A DNA stretch of 64,000 bases, taken from the NCBI RefSeq assembly GCF_001447785.1, contig NW_015169781.1, forward strand, positions 261,216-325,215. Reading direction: 5' to 3'. Positions 54,420 through 64,000 of this stretch are shown here, piece after piece. The notes under the pieces were generated by a model. It did not search any database, was not told where the DNA came from, and was given only the letters and a program-made list of their open reading frames with translations. Each line of letters opens with the position of its first letter. The stretch's first letter is position 1. This stretch comes from Gekko japonicus. Taxonomy: Eukaryota. The position numbers were made by a program, and so were the translations under genes.

Positions 54420-55375
54420 TTTATTATTTATTTATTACATTAAATTTCTAAACCACCCTCCCCTGTAAACAGGGCTCAGGGCGGTGTACAACAAACAAAG
54501 GACAACCATAAGTTAAGTTCACAGTTAAAAGCAATAACAGTACAACAGTTGGCCTAATTGGATGGCACTTGGTGGCTTCAAATTGTTGTACTGCCTCGTG
54601 GGGGGTGGGGGACAGAACAGATGGTACCAGAAAAGATAGGAGCCATTGCTGTCCTCAACCAAATGTCTGACAGAACACCTCTGCCTTACAGGCCCTGTGG
54701 AACGGCATTAAATCCCACAGGGCATGAATGTTGTTTGGCAGAGAGTTCCACCAGGTTGGAGCCAGGGCGTTTTCAGCTGGTCGAGGACAGCTGGATGTCT
54801 CTCGGGAGGGGGATCACCAGTAAGTACTGGTATACCAGGAGAGACGGTCCTGAAGATAGTGGGTCCCACCGTTTAGGGCCTTAAAGGTTAATACCAAAAC
54901 CTGATCCAGTACTTCACCTGGAGGCAGTGTAGCTCATGCAGCACAGGTTGAATATGTGCAGTTCACTGGATCCTCGTGAGAACCAGCACCACCAGATTCT
55001 GGACCAACTGGAGTTTCTGGGTCAGTCTCAAGGGTAGCCCTGTGTAGAGCGAGTTACAGTAGTCTAGTCTGGAGGTGACTGTTGCGTGGATTTCTGTGGC
55101 TAGGTGAGGGCAAGACAGGTAGGGAGCCAGTTGCCTGACCTGGTATAGCTGGAAAAACGCCAGTCTGGCAGCATTTGTGGTCTGGGTCTCTATTCATAGG
55201 GAGGCATCCAAGACCACACTCAGGCTTTCGACAGTTGGTGGTAGCATTAGGGGCACACTGTCAAGAGCTGGGAGTCGGCACCCCAAACCTGAACCCCCAT
55301 CCACCCTGCCACAGAGCCTCCGTCTTAGCAGGATTCAGTCTCAGCCAGCTCTCTTTCAACCATCCAACCATGGTA
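54420..55375 (-). mobile_element. L2-type LINE 3' fragment
   Basis: Minus strand reads SRLDYCNSLYTGLPL and (W)LKESWLRLNPAKTE; the AT-rich tail abuts the exon 4 donor. Confidence 0.8.
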
Positions 55376-56765
55376 AAGGCATGTGTGCTCTAGCCTTGCA
55401 AATTATTTCTCCCTCCTCCCCCTTTTCACAAGAGTTTGGAAGACAGTTTAAAGGTTGCCTTCACTCTGCATAAATGGGGCCTATCAATTGTGGATTGGTT
55501 CAGATCTACCTCTACAGTTGCACAGGGTGTCACAGACTATTACAGAGTTCCACAAGGAGAGAACAGGAGTGTGCGGAATAGACGCTTGCAGCGCAGGTGG
55601 CTCCAGCTAGGAAACCCACCAAAGGGTAAGCTTCAGCATCTTTCAAACTGTTCTCTAAGGAACTCCAACGGAGTTTTTAGAAGCTCTATTTCCAGTTTTC
55701 ACCCTGCCCTTCTTTCAAGAAACTTAGGGTGATGGACTTGGTTGTTCCTTCCCCATTTTGTATTTCATCAACTCTGTGAGGTAGGTTACACCAAGAGAGT
55801 GCCCCAAGGTCATCTAGTGAGCTTTACTGCGGAATGGGGATTTGTGCCTGAAACTTCAGCCCCTATCCAAGACTAGTTTTTCAGGGGTTGCTTAATGAGA
55901 AGATTGGTAATGGCATACCCACGTTGCCTGGAAGGCAGCCTCACATCAACTACTGAACTTGGACTTGGTGGCTCAGTGATAAAGCAGCTGTTTTGTAAGC
56001 AGAAGACCCCAGGTTCAACCCCCAGCATCTGTAGTTAAACAATCTCAATTAGCATGTGTTGGGAAAGACTTTTCTCCATCTGAAACCTTACATTCTATAA
56101 GACAGTTTCATGTCATCCCCCCTGCTATGTGAATCTGCAGGAGAGTGTTATGCATGTTTAGGGTTTACTCTACATGAAGCTAGCAGGGCTGGCCAGCACC
56201 CTGCATAAAATGAGTGCTAGAAGATGCCTCAGAATCTTCTGCAATGTTTTGAGATTCCCTGGCAGACCCAGATGCACAGGGCTCCCCCAACAGGCAAACC
56301 CCTGCAGAAGGGGTTGCCTGCAAATACAGAGTTTGAGGGCAGTTGATCCTGATGCTGAACACTGCCTGTCAATCAGCCTCTAAGCAGAAGCAAAACTCAC
56401 CCACCAAGCCACCTCCTTATTTCATGGGGTACAATTCAGAGTCAACTTATATTGTCAAGTTAGTGTACTGTAATGGCTAAGGCTTGGAGTTGAGAACTTG
56501 CCGAGTTAAATTTTGCTCAGTTGAGATTTAAGCTGTCAGTTTTTTGAGCCATCATTTGTGACACAGGGATAATACCACTATGGATGAAAATATTACTTAA
56601 GCAGTTGTAGGGATTATTGAGGCCATGTAAATGAGGCACTTCATAGACTTGGAATGCACTATATAAATGCTCGTTATTATTTTCGTCTTGACAATAAATA
56701 TCTTGTCATTCTGTCATATGCCATGAATGTGTAGTGCTTCCCTTCCCATGATTTTTGGCCTGCAG

Positions 56766-56885
56766 ATTTCCCAGAGTCGAAGCCAGCAGTGGATGATCTG
56801 AAGTACTGTCTAGAACGGACCAATCAACGACAGCAGCTTCTGAGCTCTCTGAAGGGCGCCTTAGAAATGCGGCTTCTTCATCCTG
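56766..56885 (+). CDS. ANAPC2: ANAPC2 exon 5
   Basis: DFPESKPAVDDLKYCLERTNQRQQLLSSLKGALEMRLLHPG. Confidence 0.95.
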
Positions 56886-58148
56886 GTGGGTATTTTTAAC
56901 CCTGCCTCTCTCCTGCGGCTGCAGTCTTGGGAGGGGTATGATAGAGATTCACAAAAGATAATTCACATGGAGGAAGTAGATAGAGGTGTTTGATGTTTAT
57001 GATTTGCCTTTCCTTCCTCACGGGACTCATCAAAGCTGAATACATAATGCTCCCAATGGGCCTCCTGTCCTGGTGCTGGCCAGATCCAGACCTGCTTAGC
57101 TTCATGAAGGTTGCCACATCATGTGCTTCTCAAACCTACTGTTGTGTGCTCCCTTTTCTCACTATACTGGAACTGAAATCATCCCTGAAACGCGTGGGCT
57201 GTAGAGTCTGGGCAGACCCAAGGGAGTTAGTTAATTTATGAAATTTGCACAGGGTATGTTGCTAGCCACAGGCTTAAATGGATTTAAATCAGACAAATTC
57301 ACGGAGGAGGATAGGTCTAACAGCAGCTAAATGGATCTTCCATGCGCAAAGAATCTACCTCTGAATACCAGATTCTGGGGACAAGCAACAGGGGAGGGCT
57401 GTTGGCTTCATGCCCAGAAGCATCTGCCTGGCTGCAGCTGAAAACAGAATTTCGGACTTGCAATCACACAAGGCTTTTCTTATGTTTATACGTGAGAAAA
57501 CAAGAAAATAGTGTAGCACACAAGCCTACTAAATGTAGGTCAGTGGCTTGCATCCCTCTTTTTCCAGTTGCTGCTGAAAGCCTCCGGGCCTAATCTGAGA
57601 CCAGTTATGTTTTCCTCTTCCTTGGTAGTAGTTAATTAAGATGGCAGGCAAGAGTCAACAGGGTAGCACTGAATAAAATGTCGGATATGGATATGGGAGA
57701 TGTGGCTTCAGAGCCCGTCTCTGTTATGGGCCGTGCCTTGAGCAAAGCTCTTCCCCTTAGCTACAGTTACCCCTTTTGTAAAATGGGAATAACTGTGGCC
57801 AGCCTCACAGGGAAGTTGTGTGACTAGGAAAGATGACAAAGAAAGATCAAAAGAGCTTTGAAACTGGTGGTAGTCAAAGACCTCATGCAAAGGTTCCAGC
57901 TCAGATTGCTTAGTGTACGTGACGTACTCAGTTTAGTCCACTGGATGAAGCCTGGTATGAGCTGTGAAAGGCTTTCTTCCTACCTTCTTCTGTGACAGAA
58001 GAGACCCAAGTCTTCCGCTTTACAATATTTTGGGGGGCCTGGGGTGGGATATACAGGGCTACACCAACCCAAAGAGCAGTTGGTGAGCTTCTTGGCATTT
58101 GCATTTTCCAATCTGTAGTTTCTGCATCTCCTTACATGTTTGTTTTAG

Positions 58149-58266
58149 GGGTGAACACATCGGATATCATTACCCTCTACATCTCAGCTATCAAAGCCCT
58201 GCGAGAGCTGGACCCTTCCATGGTCATCTTGGAGGTGGCCTGTGAGCCCATCAGGAAGTACTTGAG
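58149..58266 (+). CDS. ANAPC2: ANAPC2 exon 6
   Basis: VNTSDIITLYISAIKALRELDPSMVILEVACEPIRKYLR. Confidence 0.96.
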
Positions 58267-58504
58267 GTGAGCAGGAGCCGTGTAAAATGTAGGCCTGCCT
58301 TCCCCTTAAGGAATGTTGGGAACTGTAGCTTTTGGAGGATGCTGAGAATTGTTGGTGGTTCACAGCTCACTTCCCAAACTATAATTGTCACAGTTCTTCT
58401 GAGGGATGGTGCAAGTGGGTGTAGGTGCTGGCATAGTGCTGGCAGAAACACCTATATAGGTTTGTACCGTAGGCTCCTTCAAGCAGGTTGCCTCCTCTTG
58501 ACAG

Positions 58505-58686
58505 AACCAGGGAGGATACAGTGCGGCAGATTGTGGCCGGTCTAACAGGTGATGCCGAAGGATCGGGTGACTTGGCAAATGAGCTCTCCAAAGCTGATCC
58601 AGTGACCCTGGAGAATGGCCAAGAGAGTGATGATGACGTCTCTCAACCAGAAGACTGGGTGCCTGATCCTGTTGATGCAGACCCAG
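58505..58686 (+). CDS. ANAPC2: ANAPC2 exon 7
   Basis: TREDTVRQIVAGLTGD...EDWVPDPVDADP. Confidence 0.96.
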
Positions 58687-60190
58687 GTTAGTAAATGTGA
58701 CAGGAGTATTCACTCTTGCCCCTCTTGTAGTTTGGTTTCCCTTTTCCCCTTTTCCTCTCCAAACAGAAAGCAGGAATTGACCTTGCAAGATCTTACTGTT
58801 CCAATTCCTGAGCTTGTTGAGAAGTTTCGCAAAAAGATTTTTCAGCCCAGATAAACAGCCTAAAAAGAGCGTTTGTTTGTTAGCCAGACTACTTAATTCA
58901 TTTCTTTATTATTATTGTTATTTTAATACTTTATATATTTTCAACAACAGTCATAATATAGCTAGAAATCTTACAATTTGAGAGTAAGAAGATAACAGTA
59001 CAGCTTGAATTTTGTATTTGTTTACAGTTTCAACATTTAGTATATTCCAAAATAAAGTAGTTTTGAAAAATATAACCGTTTGTGATAATATGAGTTGTTT
59101 GGAACTATACCTCCTTCAGCTAAATAGTTTACTACAGGGAACCAAACGGCTGTGAACATGTTTTGGTTACTTTCTACATTAGTTATTAAAGGGTATAGTC
59201 AAATTACAACATACTCTTTTATTCATTTCCATAAAGTAAGTAGGTTGTATTTATATTCCAAAAGCAATGTTTGTTTGTTTTCTGACAAGTTCCTGCCCCC
59301 TCCCCAAACAGTTTCAAACAAATGGCAAACATCACAACAACCTTGTTGGTGTATGTTCTGTTCTTCAGCGAATGTACAATTTATTATCTGGGCCACAGTT
59401 TAGCATCTTAGATGTTGCAATAAATGTTTAACAAATATTGGGAAATCTCCACTTTAATTTTTGTGCTGAAGTTCTAGTCCTTATGAAGATAGGAAAGGGG
59501 AGCTGTATACTCTATTGTTAATTGCTTCAAGGAAGTGCAAAATTATAATGTGCTAGAGAGATTTATTTATGTGATGATGTTCACATCCATAAGAACTAGC
59601 AATTTTTATGTATTAAAATTACTTTATTAAAATACCTCTTTAAAATGTTGAATTCTGAACCAGATTAAGTTTTAAACTATATGGGCAGCATCTTGGTCTT
59701 GGGTTTAATATTCTGCAGAGATCTTGCTTGCTCCCCATGACTACCAGGAGCAGTATGTGAAACACAACAGATGTTCATAACTTAGTTTGCAGAATTTTTA
59801 GTTTTCCTCAGCATTCAAGTTCAAAACCTTTGGCATAGATCAGAATCATGCACAATCGCCATTCAGTTCATGGGTTTAACACACATCTTCCTCATTATAA
59901 GGCAGTTACAAAACTTAGCAACCGCTTCAATAACCACTATGTTTTGTGAAGCCAGTAAACGATACAACATTCTGTCATCGGATTGCTTGGCATCCTTCTT
60001 AAGAATATCTTCTAAATAGGCTGCCTGAATGTCCTCATACAAACTACAATAGAGAAATACATGTCCTCAGCATTCGTGAAGAATAAGAAGTTGACTTTCC
60101 CAAGAATTTGATGGTTTCCATCACTTTGCCTCATTGCATTGTATCCTAGTCCCCTTTTTTTGGTTGTTCACTGTCTCCGTGTCCTGCCAG

Positions 60191-60332
60191 GGAAATCGAG
60201 TTCAAAGCGCCGCTCCTCAGATATCATCAGTCTGCTGGTGAGCATCTATGGCAGCAAGGACCTGTTCATCAACGAATATCGCACGCTCCTAGCTGACCGG
60301 CTGCTACACCAGTTCAACTACAGTGCAGAGAG
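60191..60332 (+). CDS. ANAPC2: ANAPC2 exon 8
   Basis: KSSSKRRSSDIISLLVSIYGSKDLFINEYRTLLADRLLHQFNYSAER (cullin homology). Confidence 0.96.
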
Positions 60333-61505
60333 GTGAGGGCTGGCCCTGCTGTCTGAGTTGCAAGTCTGTCCTTCCTTGGCCCTAGAAGCTGTGGCAAAAA
60401 CTGCATAGGGTTGGGAGGGTTTAAGGCCAGGGTCCCAGTCAGCAAATACCTTAGAGCCTATCACCTCACCATAGGAATACAAGAGGTTTGCTGTTGGATC
60501 AGACTAAAGATCCATCTGGACCAGCTTTCTCTTTCCTACAGTGGCCAGGTAGATATCTTTAGATGCTCATAAGCAAATCATGAAGGGCAATGCCACCCTC
60601 TTATTTTTCTGCAATATTTTGTACTGAGATGTATACTGCATTTGAACGTCAAGTCTCTCCCTGCGGGTTCAGGCAAAAGGTACATCTCATTCAGCGTCCT
60701 GTTTCCATACTGGCTAGCCAGATGTCTTCAGAAAACTCACAAGCAGAGAATTAAGGCAACAGCCAGTTTCCTCCTGATTCCCTCCCTCTCTCTCTCCCTC
60801 CCTGCCACTGATATTCAGGAGTGCATTGTCTCTAAACAACATTCTGGCTAATAGGTCTCCTCCATAATCCATCCCCTTTTAAAGTCATGCAAAAGCTGGT
60901 AGCTATCACTATGTTACGCGATGTGTGAAGAATTGTTTCACTTTGTCCTCACCATGTCTAAAGCACTACTGGGCCTATGGTCGGAGGAGAAAGGGGGGAG
61001 GCATTTCAGTCCCTGACATTGGCCACAGGTCCTGCTTGATGTGGTAGCAATTAAAGGATCTACCTAGTGGGCCTCCAGCCCTTAGTTTAAATTTGCGAGT
61101 GCACGGCAGCAGATTTTCTTCACTGCAACGATGATGGCCATTCTTCCTGCAGGTGCTCTCAGAGCTGCTTCACCACCCAAGCAATTGCTTGAGGCTTCAT
61201 AATTGAGCAAGGGTGCCAGTGCTGCCACTGGCAATGCCTCCAAAGCCCATCTTTCTCCTGGCTGCCAGTGGCATGGGAGGGTGACATACACCAGTCAGTG
61301 CCTTCCAGAGCCATGCCACCTACCTGGCCCTGCAGCACTGCTGGAGCTCCAGTTATATCTGCAGTGGGCAGTGCATGGCCCTTGCTTAAGATGGCAAAAT
61401 GCCTTCAGCCCCTTCTGGCTGCTACTTCTGTGTTTGCTTTCTGTCACTTCTGATTCCTCATGTGCTCAGATCTCAGCCTCTCCTTCTTTTGCTTCTCTGC
61501 CTTAG

Positions 61506-61581
61506 GGAAATCCGAAATGTAGAACTGCTGAAGCTGCGTTTTGGGGAAGCCCAGATGCATTACTGCGAAGTCATGTTAAAG
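61506..61581 (+). CDS. ANAPC2: ANAPC2 exon 9
   Basis: EIRNVELLKLRFGEAQMHYCEVMLK. Confidence 0.96.
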
Positions 61582-62279
61582 GTAAATTGATTAAATGGTC
61601 ATTAATATGAAACGCTAACCCAGTATTCTTCAGGAGGTAAATTAGAAACAGGAAAGGTATAATAGGGTGGGGTAAAAGACACATTCAAACTTTTACACAC
61701 ACACCTGCCAAAAAAAACCCCTTATTAGCCAAGCTTAAATTCAGCCCTGACCTTAACCCAGACTCGAAAGCAAGCATTAGTCTTTTGACCAGAGAGAATC
61801 ATTCTCCCTGGAAACTGGGATATTCACCGCCCAGTTGGAGTGCCTTAGTAAGCTTCCTTTTTTATGTAATCATGTTCATCAGGTTATTGTTTGGTCTGCT
61901 GTGGTGTGTCCATAATTTGGACCTAGAAAAAATAATTTAATGTCCAACACAGAAACCGAGCAAAAGTTGTACACATAGGGATATTGCATACTTAAGAAAC
62001 AGAGCAAAAATTGTACACATAGGGATATTGCATACTTAAGAAATCTTTTTTTTTGTTTTGACTGAGGCTAGTAAGCTGAAAGCTTTAATTCTGAACTGTC
62101 AGGGTCTTAACAATCTGATCAAAAGCAAGAGAAGAGAAGTAAGCTGAAGTCTTGTGGCTTGTCCTAGGACAGGTGCATGCCATGTAGTGAAAGGTGGATC
62201 AGGTTTATCTCCCAGTACCTTTTATAGAAAGCAGTGGGACTGTAGCACCAAGGTGAAACACAGCCGGCTGGTTGGAAGT

Positions 62280-63212
62280 AGGTAAAGGTAAAGGTTCCCT
62301 TGCTCGAAAGCCAGTCAAATCCGACTCTAGGGTTGCGGTGCTGATCTCTGTTTCAAAGCCGAAGAGCCAGCGCTGTCCGAAGACATTTCCGTGGTCATGT
62401 GGTCGGCATGAGCACACGGAACGCTGTTACCTTCCCACTGAAGTGGTACCTATTTATCTACTTGCAATTTCTTGCTTTCGAACTGCTAGGTTGGCAGGAG
62501 CTGGAACTAGAGATGGGAGCTCACTCCATCATGCGGCAAGTGGTGCCTATTTATCTACTTTCAATTTCTTGCTTTCGAACTGCTAGGTTGGCAGGAGCTG
62601 GAACTAGAGATGGGAGCTCACACCATCATGCGGCACACTCGGTCCATCGGGAGGTCCATCAGTGGCTATGAGCAGCAAGGTGTAGAGGGATGCTTAGTAT
62701 TCTCAGTGCTGGGGGGGCAACAGGGGGAGGGCTTCCAAAGGTCTGGCCCCGCTTATGGACCTCCTGAGGGCCCCTGGTATTTTTGGCCATTGTGTGACAC
62801 AGTGTTGGACAGGATGGGCCATTGGCCTGATCCAACATGGCTTCTCTTAGGTTCTTATGTCTGGGGCAGTGATGCTCTAGATCCTTGGTGCTTGGGGGGG
62901 GGCAACAGTGGGAGGAAGTCTGGAGTTCTGGCTCCACTGGTGGACCTCCTGATGGCCCCTGGGTTTTGGCGCCTGTGTGACACAGAGTGTTGGACTGGAT
63001 GGGGCATTGGCATGATCCAACATGGCTCCTCTTAGGTTTTTATGTCTGGGGCAAGTGATGCTCTATATCCTTGGTGCTTAGGGGGCAAGAGTGGGAGGGG
63101 CTTCTAGTGTCCTGGCCCCACTGATGGACCTCCTTATGACCCCTCCTTATGAACTACCGACCTTCCACAGCCTGCAGTTCAGCGTCTTAACCACTTGAGC
63201 CACCGCAGCTCC
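62280..63212 (-). mobile_element. Sauria SINE with internal duplication, interrupted by a plus-strand CR1 3' tail array (~62640-63137)
   Basis: ggtaaaggtaaagg tail at 62281; duplicated cctatttatctactt...catcatgcggca; the SINE head resumes at ~63151; the insert repeats ggccactgtgtgacacagtgttggactgg units. Confidence 0.78.
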
Positions 63213-63300
63213 TGGTTGGAAGTGCCCCATACTAATTATTCCCTTGTTCTCTCTGTAGCCTGGCAGTAAAGCAGTTCTGTTCCCCTTTCTCCCCACTTAG

Positions 63301-63504
63301 GACATGGCAGACTCTCGCCGCATTAACACTAATATTCGTGATGAGGAGCAGAAACTCCCAGAAGAAGAGAGGCCCCCGTTTAGTCTTGTTGCTGTTATCT
63401 TATCCAGTGAGTTCTGGCCACCACTGAAGGAAGAGAAGCTGGAGCTGCCTGAACAGATCAAGGAGGCCATGGAGGCCTACTCCAAGAAATATGAGAAACT
63501 GAAG
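63301..63504 (+). CDS. ANAPC2: ANAPC2 exon 10 (gene continues beyond right edge)
   Basis: DMADSRRINTNI...VILSSEFWPPLKEEKLELPEQIKEAMEAYSKKYEKLK; gtcagc donor. Confidence 0.96.
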
Positions 63505-64000
63505 GTCAGCGAGTTAGCCTGGAGGGACATCTGGCAGGAGGCTCACAGTCTTTAGCCTTTGCAAACGGTCAAGGGTTGGGTAGAAGTAGAGATGTAAAAT
63601 TTCTGGAAATTTTGAAGCTCTGGAAAAAAACCGGGTTTTTTCGTTTTTTTCCGGGGGGAAAACGGAAATTTTTGGAAACATTGAAAAAAAATTGCTACAT
63701 TAGCATTTCTTTTGTCTTTTCCAGATTGAAAGTCATTCTGTTACTTTAGGAACATAAAATATGACTATGGATATTTTTACTTGGCATGAAATTATCACAA
63801 CTAGCATATTAAAAATATAGTGTATCCAAACAATTACTACAAACAGAATACCCACCCACATGCAAAAACTAAACTGAAACCTTTTTATTTTCTTCTGACA
63901 ATAGCACCTCCTAAAGGAAGAAATGCATCTTGTTCTTGCATTGGAGAGTTCATATGAAATGATTTGGAAAATATTTGAACACCTTGACTTAAAATATTTT

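Noticed and set aside
53826-54451. Poly-RE and poly-LS ORFs
   Set aside because: Translations of the (CT)n microsatellites.
55965-56035. tRNA gene
   Set aside because: A/B-box-like SINE head without a complete cloverleaf; a similar decayed head lies at ~525-590.
58900-60140. AT-rich possible old LINE remnant in ANAPC2 intron 7
   Set aside because: Too degenerate to assign motifs or boundaries by eye.
63588-64000. Possible DNA transposon left end (tagagatgtaaaattttc..., with local A/T inverted runs)
   Set aside because: The other terminus and TSD would lie outside the window, so it cannot be supported.

Overview
Vertebrate genomic DNA from a squamate reptile, most likely a gecko (inferred from Sauria SINEs, Squam3-like and 5S-derived SINEs, and CR1/L2 families). 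The window covers the conserved amniote block NDOR1(-) / TMEM203(+) / TPRN(+) / SSNA1(-) / ANAPC2(+), syntenic with human 9q34.3. I resolved 10 NDOR1 coding exons (the 3' part runs off the left edge), single-exon TMEM203, 4 TPRN exons, 3 SSNA1 exons and 10 ANAPC2 exons (continuing off the right edge). All have GT-AG junctions and consistent phases. The most unusual structure is a near-identical ~2.7 kb copy of NDOR1 genomic DNA (truncated coding exon 1 plus exons 2-4 and their introns) located 11,039 bp away, between TMEM203 and the TPRN promoter. It occupies the middle of a minus-strand CR1 LINE, with a CR1 3' tail at one junction and a CR1 endonuclease region at the other. It is either a very recent repeat-mediated exon capture or a gap-filling artefact, and the sequence alone cannot decide. 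Other points of note are a complete non-autonomous Helitron with nested hAT MITEs in TPRN intron 1, a U2 snRNA 5' fragment inserted into a LINE, a 10-fold same-strand CCAAT array, and a duplicated donor-like motif in the NDOR1/TMEM203 promoter. There are two assembly gaps (26929-26943 and 41902-42055).
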